Part shown: positions 46,147 to 56,977 of the stretch, one piece after another
Layout of the letters: the number at the start of each line of letters is the position of its first letter
How positions within the stretch are numbered: position 1 is the first letter of the stretch
Origin: a virus
Lineage: Duplodnaviria; Caudoviricetes
Strand: one strand, 5' to 3'
Virus record (IMG/VR): IMGVR_UViG_3300031998_000053
Coordinates: 1-64,000 of that record
Length of the DNA: 64,000 bases
Translations under genes and position numbers: made by a program
The notes under the pieces: generated by a model
What the model saw: the letters and a program-made list of their open reading frames with translations, nothing else
Told to the model about the DNA's origin: nothing
The model's database searches: none

Positions 46147-49100
46147 ATGGCAGATACAAAGAAATCCGAGGTAGTCATTACCTGTAACGCCCAACAGCCA
46201 AAGGCCGCTGTCCGTGCTATGGAAACGGAACTGAAACGTCTTCAGGCTGCATACAAGCAACTCTCCGACGCTGGTAAGGCCGGCACAGAGAGGGCAAAGC
46301 AGATGGCTCACGAAATCAAGGAACTCTCCATCGCCGTGAAGGAGGGTAAGGCCAACATGGATAAGATTGTTACCGTGACAAACAATCTTTCCAATTCTTC
46401 CCTGTCACAGCTGCAACGTGCTTTGCGCCAGGTGAAGAAAGAAATGGGCCGTGTCAGCACCGATTCGCCTAAACTCGATGACCTGCGCCAGAAATACAAG
46501 GCCATCACCGACCAAATTAAGATTCTTCAGGGCGAAATGGTCAACATTCAGAAGCACATGGGCAACCTCTCTGCAACCTCTGATTCGTGGCTGCAAAAAG
46601 CTATCAATCAGCAAAAGCAGTTGGTATCTCAGACCGACAAAACGAATAGTGGCTATCAGCGTCAGGTGGATATTCTGCATCAGCTTCAGGCCGAACAGCA
46701 GAATAGGGCAATGGCTACCGTATTGAATGGTGGTGCCACTGCTGATGATCTCCGTGCCGCTCGTGCCTCTATCACGTCTTACCGTGACCAGTTGGGCAAA
46801 GGTGGTATTATGCCTGTTGGTGGTGACGTGGCACGGGAAATTGAAGCCTGCAATGTCGCTCTGAAGAAATGTGATGAGCAGTTGGATGTTATTGCCGGTA
46901 AGGAGAAACAGATTGAGCCGACGGTGCAGGAGATAGAGCAGGATGTCACGAAATTGGTTGGCAGTCTGGCTAACGCCTCTCCTGAACAGCTCCGTAAGGG
47001 TTTGGAGCAATGCCGTAATCAACTGGATAAGATGGCTGCTAACGACCCTAACCGTCAGAAGTGGGTTACTTGGGCAAAGCAACTGAAGACGGCTCTCGAA
47101 GGTGTGGACCGTGAAGCCGTTGACATCGACAAAGTGATGCGTAACCTCAAAAAAGAGCCATTGGAGAATCTTCGTAAGGCTGCAAAGCAGCTGGAAGAGG
47201 AAATGGTGAAACTGAATCGTGAGGATGCAAAATATAAGGATCGCCAGAAGCAACTACAAAAGATTCGTGGTGAGATAGACAGCGTTACGCGCTCTATCAA
47301 TAATCAGGCTTCTGCATGGAGTACGACGTTTAGAAATATCTCCATGTACTTCGGCGTGTTCCAGCTCTTCTCGATGGCACAGCAGAAACTCCAAGAAATG
47401 CTCCGTAGTAACCTGGCTTATTCTGACCAGTTGGCTGATATTCGTAAGGTGACTGGACTGGCTACTAAGGATGTGAACGAACTGGCTGAAAGCATAGCAA
47501 AACTTGATACGCGCACAAGCATTCAGGAATTGTCAGATTTGGCGTATCAAGGCGGTAAAATGGGATTTGGAAAATACGGTGTGGAAGGCATGGTCGAATT
47601 TGTCCGTGCTGCCGATCAGGTAAAGGTGGCTCTTTCCGATGACCTCGGAGAAGACAGTCTCTTGCAGATTTCAAAGCTCATTGATACGATGGGCCTCATT
47701 CCGAAACTCGGTGTTGAAAAGTCCATGCTGTCTGTAGGCTCTGCCATTAACCAGCTTGCGGCCACTTCTACTGCCAGTGGTACGCATATTGTGGACTTCT
47801 CGAAACGCCTTACTGGTTTGTCTCGTATTACAGGAATAACTACGCCAGAGCTTTTGGCATTAGGAAGTGCAGCGGATGCTTTAGGGCAGGCTCCTGAAGT
47901 TGCGGCCACGGCTTTTGGTAAACTCTTCACATCGTTGCAGACCAATCATAATTTGATTGAGCAGCAGCTGAATATGGAGAAAGGCACCATCAATAACCTT
48001 TTCTCACAGGGTAAGGCAATGGAGGCCATTCTGCAAATCATGGAAAAGATGCGCGAGAAGGGTAACATGAATGCCCTTGGCAACATCTGGAAAGATCTCG
48101 GCTCTGAGGGTCAACGCTTAATAGGTGTGATGGCCACCATGTCGAAGAATGTAGATACTGTACGCGCACATGTAGAGGAAGCTAACGAGGCTTTTGAAGA
48201 GGCAACATCGCTGACTACTGAGTATGCCATGAAGCAGGAAACGGCTAATGCCATTCTTGAACGTGCCAACCAACTGTGGGTGAGAACATTTGTAAATCCA
48301 GAGGGTGTTGACACCGTAAAGGAACTGTCGCAGGCTTGGTATGACATGAGCCAAAAGCTGACCTCTTCGGCTCTTTATATGGGTCAGATAAGACTCGTGC
48401 TGACAATGATCATCGCCGCCGTGAAACTATTGGTGGTTCTGTTGCCTACGCTAATCCAGTTCCTACTGTTCAAGGGTGCCTATATGGGTGTGATGGCTCT
48501 CTATCGTGGCTTCGTGGCCATGAAGACTGCCATTATCGGTGCTATGGTGGCACAGCAGGGCCTTAACACGGCTATGAAGGCTAACATCTTCGGACTGATA
48601 ATTTCCCTGATAGCTTCTGCCGTCGTTTGGCTAACAAACTATGGCAATGCTGCCGATGATGCTGCCAACAAGCAGAAAACGATGAACGAGTACATCAAGG
48701 AGGCTGCTGCTGAGATCGACAAAGAAACTCGTAAATTGGAATCCTATAAGCGTGTCCTGGAAGACGCGAACACGTCACAGGCACAGCGTGAGCGCATCCT
48801 GAGACAGTTTAACCGTACTTACAGCACCTATCTGAATAAACTCGGCATCGAGGTCAATTCGGTGGATGACCTGCGTAAGCATTATGCGCTGCTGAATGAG
48901 GAACTTCGCAAGAAAATATACTATCAGACGAAGCAACGCGCTTACGATCAGGAATTGGGCGATAAGGCTGGAGAGTTGGGCAAAAAGGCTCGTGCTTTCT
49001 CTGACCTGACGGTAAACAATTCGCGTGATGGCTCTTTTGCTGCCTACGATACCAAATGGCTCGAAGATCAGATAAACCAGCATCAGAATACTTATGGTAG

Positions 49101-51786
49101 CGTAAACTGGGTTTCCATCTATTCTGACATGGTGCAGAGTCGTTTCGGTAGGCGTACTGATGGTAGAAGTGGCTTTAACAACGACTATTCGGTGTTTACC
49201 GATATGGCTGGTACTGAGCATAACGTAGCAGCTTATGGTAAGGCTATTCGTGAATATGTGGATGCCTGGCAGGAGTATAACAAGACGAAAAAGAGTATTG
49301 ATGCAGCTCTTGACCCGCTCATCGGCGACTATGATCCGTTTGCTGAGACTCCAGGTGAACTAACGAATGATGCTGTTGACAAAGAAGCTGAGAAGCGTCG
49401 CCGTGCAGAGGAAGCAGCTCGCCGTAAGGCTCTTCGTGCTGAAATGCGCGAGGAACAGGATAAGGCCAAGGCTATCATCGATAATGTAAAGAACTACTAC
49501 GAGCGTCAGATTGCTGCCATTACGGAAATGGCTACCCGTACCGGCATGGATTCAGAGCTTCAGAAGAAACTCGTGGACGGTATGACGGTACGCATGAATA
49601 GCGCACTGGCTAATGTGCGTCAGGCTATTGCCGGCACAGAAAACGAATGGGCTGATTTCCGTCAGTCGATGATGGATGACCTCTACGAGCCGCTTTCTGC
49701 CGATGGTACCAACCAGTCAACGCAGTTGCTCGACAATATCATTCACAATGACATCGACCAGCTGAAAAAGATGATTGAAACGCTCTCTAAGGAGCTGGGG
49801 CAGAATGGTTCCGTATTGCTCGATCAGATATGGCGTAAGGCTACTGAGAATGAGTTGGCCAATGCTAAACAGGCAAATACGGCATACCAGGCCCGCCAAA
49901 AAGTGTTGTTGGAAAAGAACTATACCGGCAAAGTAAACCGTGACTATGAGGGTCAGATGGAGCAGTTGGGCGTGGCCGAGCTGACTTCCAACCAGTCGCA
50001 ACAACTGATGCAATGGTCTCAGGAAGGTAAGTCTGAGGATATTCAGAACTTCGTTGATAGTCGCTCTCAGTTGTGGCAACAGGCATTCTTGAAAGCTCGT
50101 GAGCATATTGTGGATGTCTTTGCTGCTGATGTCTCTACCGAGGACGGCCAGAAGGCAATGCTTACGTTACTCTTTGGTGAGGATTACAATGGCACATTGT
50201 CCGGCTCTGCCTTGGAGTCTATGCTGAATATGGACTTGCAGCAGTGGCAAGTGTTCTATCAGAAGCTCATCGAAATGTCCGACGCTTACACCGATGCCCA
50301 GAAGAAAGCCTACGACGAAGCAAAACGCCGTGCTGACTTCGTGTTTAACAACCGTCCTGACATTCAGGGCATCGACAAAGCCACACAGGATCTTTCGACT
50401 ATCAATAGCGACCAGCAGCGTTTCGGCTCTGATAAGAACTTCACACAGCAGCTTGGAATGTCCTGGAATATGGATTCTGACCCAGAGATACTTCGCTATC
50501 GTCTGCTGTCAGAAAAGGCCCGTCTCTACTATCAGGAAATGAAGTCGCTCCGTGAGCAGGATAAGATCAGCGAACAGCAGTTGACAGATGCTAAACGTCA
50601 GATGATGGAGGCACAGACGGCCATGGCCGATAAGGTGGCCGCTAAGTTCAATGAGCGTGTCCAACTGTTGCAGTCATTCAGTGAACCGATGGCGACCTTT
50701 GCCGAAGGGGTAGGGGAGTACCTGGAAAGCCTCTCTGATGATGCGGAGGATTCTAACGAGAAGATGAAGAACATGGCTAAGACCATGCTCAAAGCCTACG
50801 CTAAGATGACGCTTCAGCTGATGGCCGAAGACTTGACGCGCCGCGTCACCAAGCAGCTGTACTATCGTCAGGAGGAAGCCGACGAAACGCTGCATCAGCA
50901 GACGTTGCTCCAGATACAACAGATGTATCAGGCTCTCATGCTGACAGCACAGCAGACGGGCGACACGGCACGTCTCACACAGCACTCGACATCTAATGCT
51001 GCCGAACTGTCTGAGGAAGCAACGACCACAACAGGTAAGGTGGGACTCGGTATTGCCGGTGGTGCTGCTAAGATCATTGGCACCTTGGGCTTCTGGGGTA
51101 TTCCGCTCATCGCTGTTATCACGGCCTTGCTGATGGGCTTGCTCTCCTGGGCTATCTCTGCTGCCTTTGGCGGTAGTGACAGTGGCGGTGCTGATTCTGG
51201 TCCTAACGTGAAGTTGGCCACGGGTATGCTGACATACGACGGTGGTAACGTGCAGTCTGTCGGTGGCGGTTCCACTCCATCCAGTGACACTACAAGCCCT
51301 GTCCTCGGTACGGATGGTAAGGTGTATAACGCTAAACAGGTGGGTAAACTACAGACTGGCATCGTGACACAGCCCATCGCTACTATGGTCAACGGCCAGC
51401 CGTCTCTCGTGGGCGAGAAAGGTCCTGAAATGGTGATTGGTAGGGAAACAACAGCAGCCATGCAAATGGCGCGTCCTGACCTTATCAATGAGATAGTGAA
51501 GTTCGATAAAAACTTCTCAGGGCGTGGATTCCGCACTTATGACGATGGCAACCTGTCCGACTTCACCGTGCCCGATGCTTCAGCAGCGGGTGGCAATATG
51601 CTCACCTCTGATGACATCCAGGGCTTCCGTGATACGATGGCAGAGTTTACGGCCATGATGTTGTTACTCCAGAAGAATGGCCTGCACGTCAATAAATTCG
51701 GACGTGGAAGCGTCACTCAGGAGTCTGCCGCCGGTGCCGCATTCATGCGTCGTAACTCCGGCGATCGTCTGTGGCGTAAGGGCTAA
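46147..51786 (+). CDS. Phage tail tape measure protein
   Basis: ~1880 aa helical protein; LADIRKVTG...ELSDLAYQGGKMG TP901-like core; hydrophobic segments; VGEKGPEMVI near the C-terminus. Confidence 0.85.
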   Translation: MADTKKSEVVITCNAQQPKAAVRAMETELKRLQAAYKQLSDAGKAGTERAKQMAHEIKELSIAVKEGKANMDKIVTVTNNLSNSSLSQLQRALRQVKKEMGRVSTDSPKLDDLRQKYKAITDQIKILQGEMVNIQKHMGNLSATSDSWLQKAINQQKQLVSQTDKTNSGYQRQVDILHQLQAEQQNRAMATVLNGGATADDLRAARASITSYRDQLGKGGIMPVGGDVAREIEACNVALKKCDEQLDVIAGKEKQIEPTVQEIEQDVTKLVGSLANASPEQLRKGLEQCRNQLDKMAANDPNRQKWVTWAKQLKTALEGVDREAVDIDKVMRNLKKEPLENLRKAAKQLEEEMVKLNREDAKYKDRQKQLQKIRGEIDSVTRSINNQASAWSTTFRNISMYFGVFQLFSMAQQKLQEMLRSNLAYSDQLADIRKVTGLATKDVNELAESIAKLDTRTSIQELSDLAYQGGKMGFGKYGVEGMVEFVRAADQVKVALSDDLGEDSLLQISKLIDTMGLIPKLGVEKSMLSVGSAINQLAATSTASGTHIVDFSKRLTGLSRITGITTPELLALGSAADALGQAPEVAATAFGKLFTSLQTNHNLIEQQLNMEKGTINNLFSQGKAMEAILQIMEKMREKGNMNALGNIWKDLGSEGQRLIGVMATMSKNVDTVRAHVEEANEAFEEATSLTTEYAMKQETANAILERANQLWVRTFVNPEGVDTVKELSQAWYDMSQKLTSSALYMGQIRLVLTMIIAAVKLLVVLLPTLIQFLLFKGAYMGVMALYRGFVAMKTAIIGAMVAQQGLNTAMKANIFGLIISLIASAVVWLTNYGNAADDAANKQKTMNEYIKEAAAEIDKETRKLESYKRVLEDANTSQAQRERILRQFNRTYSTYLNKLGIEVNSVDDLRKHYALLNEELRKKIYYQTKQRAYDQELGDKAGELGKKARAFSDLTVNNSRDGSFAAYDTKWLEDQINQHQNTYGSVNWVSIYSDMVQSRFGRRTDGRSGFNNDYSVFTDMAGTEHNVAAYGKAIREYVDAWQEYNKTKKSIDAALDPLIGDYDPFAETPGELTNDAVDKEAEKRRRAEEAARRKALRAEMREEQDKAKAIIDNVKNYYERQIAAITEMATRTGMDSELQKKLVDGMTVRMNSALANVRQAIAGTENEWADFRQSMMDDLYEPLSADGTNQSTQLLDNIIHNDIDQLKKMIETLSKELGQNGSVLLDQIWRKATENELANAKQANTAYQARQKVLLEKNYTGKVNRDYEGQMEQLGVAELTSNQSQQLMQWSQEGKSEDIQNFVDSRSQLWQQAFLKAREHIVDVFAADVSTEDGQKAMLTLLFGEDYNGTLSGSALESMLNMDLQQWQVFYQKLIEMSDAYTDAQKKAYDEAKRRADFVFNNRPDIQGIDKATQDLSTINSDQQRFGSDKNFTQQLGMSWNMDSDPEILRYRLLSEKARLYYQEMKSLREQDKISEQQLTDAKRQMMEAQTAMADKVAAKFNERVQLLQSFSEPMATFAEGVGEYLESLSDDAEDSNEKMKNMAKTMLKAYAKMTLQLMAEDLTRRVTKQLYYRQEEADETLHQQTLLQIQQMYQALMLTAQQTGDTARLTQHSTSNAAELSEEATTTTGKVGLGIAGGAAKIIGTLGFWGIPLIAVITALLMGLLSWAISAAFGGSDSGGADSGPNVKLATGMLTYDGGNVQSVGGGSTPSSDTTSPVLGTDGKVYNAKQVGKLQTGIVTQPIATMVNGQPSLVGEKGPEMVIGRETTAAMQMARPDLINEIVKFDKNFSGRGFRTYDDGNLSDFTVPDASAAGGNMLTSDDIQGFRDTMAEFTAMMLLLQKNGLHVNKFGRGSVTQESAAGAAFMRRNSGDRLWRKG

Positions 51787-52774
51787 TCTCCACCAAACCA
51801 CCGTGCCAGCTGTTCTCGGCTGGTAACTATTGACATTGATTCTTGTACTACATACTGTTTATGTAATTTTTCGGTGGTCACGCTGTGAAGCGTGGCCACC
51901 GCCTGTGTAATTAAAGGCGTGGGCTATTCTCGCGCTGAAGGTAATCAAAATCTCGCGCCGGCTCCGCACTTGGGGTAATATCGCACCCTTTATATATGTG
52001 ATTTTAAGCACATATTACCCCAATTTAATTACGCTGCAAATTTACGAATTTTCCGCGACATAGCCAAATGTTTTGGCGATTATTTTCTAATTATTTTCGC
52101 GCTCATGTCGGTATTGTTCCCAGCGGTTTATCCGCTGGGTCTTCCTGGTCATCCCCGCACCCCTCAGTGGCGGTCAAAGGATGAGCCAGTGTTGGCACTA
52201 TCATTCCCTGAAACACCCTTAGATACTACTTTTTGGCCGCTTTTTAGGCTCCAAAAAGTTGAAAAAGTCATTTTTCGGCGTACCCTCACTATTATTTTGC
52301 GAAAATTCTTTCTCGATAAATTTCAAAATTCCGCACCTTAAAAGGTAATGAGCAATAGTGCGAAAGCTCTGCTTTCTCTTTTGATAATCAATGAGTTGTG
52401 GGGGAACGGGGGAAGGCAGTTAAGCGGAGAAAACGGGAATTTTTCGTTTTAATTCCATATTTCTGTTTTTCTCCTGTATGCGTAATAGTTTGTGAAAAAG
52501 AGGTAAAAATAACTTTTTACATTAGTATTAGGTATGAGAATCAATGAGTTAGCACTAAGTGTTTTCATCTTTTTTCAAACTTTTCTCATCCTTAAAAAAC
52601 TTTTTTCCCCGAAAACGACATTAGGCTTTGCGGTAGATGTGGCTGCAAAAAGTTATTTTAGGGTTTGAGGGTGGTTTTGTCATTGAGAGAGGGGAGAAAT
52701 TGGACGCAAACAGAATAAAACCCTCATAAAAGTGTTAAAATTTGGGGGAAATAAGAATAAAACCCGAATTATAT

Positions 52775-52805
52775 TTTGTCAATTCAAGAAAGTTTCTTAT
52801 TTTTG
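52775..52805 (+). promoter_or_regulatory. Bacteroidetes promoter (TTTG-N19-TATTTTTG)
   Basis: Shares TTTTGTCAATTCAA with the parA promoter. Confidence 0.65.
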
Positions 52806-52855
52806 CATCGAAAATCAGACGAAAGACTGATTAAAACCATTATAATATATAAGGT

Positions 52856-53239
52856 ATGAAAGTATATCTCGTCATCCTGAATTGGGTCCTTGCAAGCGCA
52901 CTGGTGAGTTGTGCGCTGTGGCTGGCTCCCCTCGTTGGGGGCTGGCCACTACCTGTTGGCATGTTCATCGGTTGCATGATGACAGCCGGCATGGTGTCGT
53001 GGCAGTATTACAAAGATCAGTCGCCGGAAAAGGAATGGAAGTGGCGTAAAAACTACTTCAAAAAGGACTACCGCATCGAGATCATAGCGCAAGTGGCCAT
53101 CACCGCCATATTGTACGGTCTCTCGTGTCTGTTTTGGCAGGGATTCTTTCTTCTGCTGGCTGGATTCTTTGCCGCATGGATCCTGAACATCCTCGTGGAA
53201 TGGTTCTGGGCGGCCATACATCCACACTACCGCCGCTAA
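52856..53239 (+). CDS. Four-TM membrane protein
   Basis: Hydrophobic segments. Confidence 0.7.
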   Translation: MKVYLVILNWVLASALVSCALWLAPLVGGWPLPVGMFIGCMMTAGMVSWQYYKDQSPEKEWKWRKNYFKKDYRIEIIAQVAITAILYGLSCLFWQGFFLLLAGFFAAWILNILVEWFWAAIHPHYRR

Positions 53240-53249
53240 AAAGAAAAGT

Positions 53250-54260
53250 ATGTTTGACCAACTCTGTTCTGTATATAGCGACTCCCACGATAACTGTGGC
53301 CGTTTCGTTGACCGCGAGACGGGCGAGATCATCCAGCAGATGACCATCCGCGAGTTCTGTCTGACCGACCGCTGGAAGCCAGTGGTTGATCAGCTTCGCG
53401 CTATGGTGGCAGAGTATGGCGAGAAAGCGGCCAAGGCGCGTGATGACTACCGCGAAATGAAGACGCTGCTGCCTGGTGCCACCCTGTCGGGCCTCTTTGA
53501 ACTGCGCGAGGTGGACGTGGAGAAAACCAATCATCGCACAGGTGAGAAGTTCATCGTCAGGGAAATGGTGTCACGCCGTCAGGCACACCTCTTGCAGCAT
53601 ACGGGTTTCCTGTGTATCGACATCGACCGCCAGGATAACCAGTCGCTCCAGGATATGAAGGTCATCCTGCGCACTTTGCGCCATCGGCCAGAGGTGGCAC
53701 TGTGCATGAAGTCGTGTTCTGGAACCGGCTACTTTGTGCTCATTCCGCTGGCCTATCCTCAGTATCACCGTCAGCAGTTTGCGGCCTTGCTCCGCGAGTA
53801 TGCAGCCCTGGGCATCGTCATCGACCGTAAGTGTGCCGATGTGACGCGCATTCGTTTCGCGTCCTACGATGATAAGCCGTTTATCAATAACAACGCTATT
53901 CCCTATTCAGGGGTGGACCTCGGCGAGCAGATGCTGGCACCAAAGGCGGCTGTCTATACACAGCGTAGTGAGACATCCGACGAACTGGTGCAGAAGGTGG
54001 AGATCTTGGTGCAGAAGCTCGAAACGACGCATACCGATATTACCAATGACTATGACGTATGGATCCGCATAGGCATGTCGCTGGCCTGTCTGCCGGAGCC
54101 TTGGGGCAGTCAGTTCTTTCATCGCGTGTCGGCCATCAGCAATAAGTACAATGCTTCAGACTGTCAAAAGAAGTTTGAGTACAACAGTAATCCAACGACT
54201 ATATCAATCAATTACTTCTTTGCCCGTTGCAAGGAAGCAGGAATCACATTAAGGTATTAA
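53250..54260 (+). CDS. BT4734/VirE N-terminal-like domain plus PriCT-2 domain protein
   Basis: LPGATLSG..HTGFLCIDID..SCSGTG..D..RIRFASYD; YDVWIRIGMSLA...FHRVS. Confidence 0.75.
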   Translation: MFDQLCSVYSDSHDNCGRFVDRETGEIIQQMTIREFCLTDRWKPVVDQLRAMVAEYGEKAAKARDDYREMKTLLPGATLSGLFELREVDVEKTNHRTGEKFIVREMVSRRQAHLLQHTGFLCIDIDRQDNQSLQDMKVILRTLRHRPEVALCMKSCSGTGYFVLIPLAYPQYHRQQFAALLREYAALGIVIDRKCADVTRIRFASYDDKPFINNNAIPYSGVDLGEQMLAPKAAVYTQRSETSDELVQKVEILVQKLETTHTDITNDYDVWIRIGMSLACLPEPWGSQFFHRVSAISNKYNASDCQKKFEYNSNPTTISINYFFARCKEAGITLRY

Positions 54261-54264
54261 CAAT

Positions 54265-55167
54265 ATGTATCTCATCAAACCATCAGTAGAATTATGGCCT
54301 GCGCCAGAGCAGTGGCAGGAACAGGTGGCTCGTGCTGCCCGTCTGTGCTATGCTTCTGAAGGTGGGCAGAAGAGTGCCGAGGACTTCTGCGAAATGCTGA
54401 AGAAACGTAACCACCTCTCGATGTTTCGGCATGGCTCACGCTATTTCGTGGTGCCTAACGTGCAGCACTCTGAGGAAGCCGATAAAGAACATTTCCCGTT
54501 GTGGATGTTTACGGCTCTGAATAACTCGCCCTATGTGGGCATCGTCTATCACAAGGATAAGAAGGCTAAGACGCGCAACTATTTTGTCTCTACCAACCTT
54601 CAGTATCTCATGGATAACCCTCGCATTGAGTCACAGCTGGTGCCTTACGAGGTGACACTCCAGCAGTTTGTAGGCAAGGCCAACGAACTGAACTTTGTCA
54701 CGGCATTGGCTCTGGTTCGTTATACGGTATGTGTGACAACACAGATCAGTACCAGCCGCGAACTGAACCGCACTTCGCCTAACAATATTGCGGAGCAGAG
54801 CACCCGTTATGTCAACTTCGGCAAAAAGGGTGGTATCACCATCTGTCTGCCTCACTGGTATAACTGTGCTCACTGGACGAAGAAACTGATGGCTCGCACG
54901 TTCTGGAAGTGTAGCGAGTGGGCATATAAGCTGGGTCTTCGTCTCGGACTGCCTGCACAGGATGCGCGTGGTTTCCTGGCACTTGATACGGCTACCCGTG
55001 TGGCCTATACCTATAATGTCTTCGAGTGGAAGGCCATTATGCGCTTGCGTCTCACTGGTGAGACAGGCAAACCACATCCCAATGCACAGATCGCTGCACA
55101 GCAGATTCACGATGCCATTTTGCCTCAGATGCGTGTCTATGGTGGTGAAAGCGCGACTTTAGTGTAA
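54265..55167 (+). CDS. thyX: Flavin-dependent thymidylate synthase-like protein
   Basis: AARLCY, HLSMFRH, SRELNR...EQSTRY, ARGFL, LRL...HP. Confidence 0.8.
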   Translation: MYLIKPSVELWPAPEQWQEQVARAARLCYASEGGQKSAEDFCEMLKKRNHLSMFRHGSRYFVVPNVQHSEEADKEHFPLWMFTALNNSPYVGIVYHKDKKAKTRNYFVSTNLQYLMDNPRIESQLVPYEVTLQQFVGKANELNFVTALALVRYTVCVTTQISTSRELNRTSPNNIAEQSTRYVNFGKKGGITICLPHWYNCAHWTKKLMARTFWKCSEWAYKLGLRLGLPAQDARGFLALDTATRVAYTYNVFEWKAIMRLRLTGETGKPHPNAQIAAQQIHDAILPQMRVYGGESATLV

Positions 55168-55202
55168 TAATTCATATTTTTTTAACTTAAAAGTAAATTT
55201 AC

Positions 55203-55648
55203 ATGGAAAAAACATTGAATTACCCCCCCCCCTGGAAGAGCTGAAGACGCTCACGGAGGAAGAGGTCAGAGCATGGTTTGGAAAAGTCCGTATCTGGCGT
55301 GATGAGCACATCGACGAATTGCGTCATCAACAAGAGACGGCTATCTTTAACATCAGGACTGAGCAAAAGGTGGAACGTAACCGTATTATCTGCCTGATTG
55401 ATCTGAAACGCTCTCAACTGCCGACTGGTGGCAATACAGATGAGCGTGAGCGAACACTGACACTGCGTAACGAGATTCACAATCTCGATTACGAAATGCA
55501 GACGAATGACATCAACAGCCGTAAAAAAATTGCGGATATCAAGTATGAGTCTAAACGGGCCATCAATGACATTCAGCGTCAATGGGAAACCGCTACTGGA
55601 ACCTTGAAACAAGCCCTCGCTTTCGTCTGCAATAAGACTGAGGACTAA
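55203..55648 (+). CDS. Coiled-coil protein, frameshifted at a C10 tract (in frame at C8/C11)
   Basis: MEKTLNYPP + LEELKTLTEEEVRAWF...LRHQQETAIF joined at 55223-55232. Confidence 0.7.
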
Positions 55649-55677
55649 GTTACTATAATTCCAATTATGATAAGTAG

Positions 55678-56460
55678 ATGAAACGACCACTCGCCCACAC
55701 TGCGATATACAAGCCTGAAGGCCCTGCACAGGAGTATGCTGTCTGGGGATGCAATCTCTATAAGGGATGCGTCCATCAGTGTACCTATTGCTATCTCCGT
55801 CGTGGCCCGATGGCAAAGCAGCTCGGCGGTGCTGTGCCTGAGATAGAGAAAAAAGTGGGTGGTACGGAAGAGAAGGCTTACCGACGCTTCTGTATGGAAG
55901 TGGATGCTTACCATGAGCTGTTTCGGGCTGATGGTGGCATTTTCTTCTCTTTCAGTACCGACCCAATGCTTCGTGAGACGTATGCACTGACCATCAAGTG
56001 TGCTATCTATGCCATGGAGCACCATGTGCCGGTGTATATTCTCACGAAAGCGACATGGTGGGTACAGAATACTGAGATTATCCAGCAGCTCTTTCCGTAC
56101 CGCTATTATTTGCATATCGGCTTCACACTGACAGGCTTTGACTATATGGAGCCAAACGCTCCAAAGAACAGTAACCGCCAGGTGGCAATGATCATGCTGG
56201 AGAGCATGAATTTCAAATGCTGGGCCTCGATGGAGCCAGTTATCGACTTTGCTATGTCGTTGGCTATTATTGAGACCGTAAAGGATGTGTGCCGTGAGTT
56301 CCGCATCGGCCTCCTGTCGCCCTACTCTGCCAAACGGTATGATTGGAATGAGTGTGACCGATTCATGCAGCATGTCGAAAAGCTATCAAACGAGTATGAG
56401 TTTAAGGTCGTTTGGAAGGAATCTATCAAGAAATTTTACCGAGAAGAAAAACCTGAATAA
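55678..56460 (+). CDS. Radical SAM protein (SPL/Rv2578c-like)
   Basis: GCVHQCTYCY, FSTDP, ILTK, SMEP. Confidence 0.85.
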   Translation: MKRPLAHTAIYKPEGPAQEYAVWGCNLYKGCVHQCTYCYLRRGPMAKQLGGAVPEIEKKVGGTEEKAYRRFCMEVDAYHELFRADGGIFFSFSTDPMLRETYALTIKCAIYAMEHHVPVYILTKATWWVQNTEIIQQLFPYRYYLHIGFTLTGFDYMEPNAPKNSNRQVAMIMLESMNFKCWASMEPVIDFAMSLAIIETVKDVCREFRIGLLSPYSAKRYDWNECDRFMQHVEKLSNEYEFKVVWKESIKKFYREEKPE

Positions 56461-56952
56461 ATGGCAAACAGAACACAGCAGAATCCAGTAGTCAGCTCCG
56501 ATGAGTGGTACACCCCTCGTTGGGTTGTGGACGAACTCGGCCCGTTTGACCTTGATCCATGTGCGCCTATGCAACCTCCATACGAGATTGCGCCGTTGTC
56601 GTTCAATAAGGAGCAGGATGGATTGAGTCAGACGTGGCCGGACGCTGCTGTTGTGTTTATGAATCCACCTTATAGCCGTCCTCTGCTGCGTCCGTTTGTT
56701 GAGAAGCTGGCAGAGCATGGCAACGGCATCGCATTACTGAAGAATCAGGTGGATAATCTGCTGTTCCAGGAGGTCGTTTTTACTCGTGCTGCCTCGATGC
56801 TCTTCATGCGTCATCGCATCAAGTTCATTACGCCAGACGGCACCACTGGCTCGCCGTTCTTTGGCTCGGTGCTTGTGGCTTTCGGCCATGAATGTGACCG
56901 CCGCTTGCGTCGCTGTTCCATCCCAGGAAAGTATGTTGTATTAAATATGTAA
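56461..56952 (+). CDS. Phage N6-adenine DNA methyltransferase (Dam-like)
   Basis: DEWYTP, FDLDPCA, DGLSQ, MNPPYS. Confidence 0.9.
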   Translation: MANRTQQNPVVSSDEWYTPRWVVDELGPFDLDPCAPMQPPYEIAPLSFNKEQDGLSQTWPDAAVVFMNPPYSRPLLRPFVEKLAEHGNGIALLKNQVDNLLFQEVVFTRAASMLFMRHRIKFITPDGTTGSPFFGSVLVAFGHECDRRLRRCSIPGKYVVLNM

Positions 56953-56977
56953 TTGTATTAACAAAATTGTTTTAATT

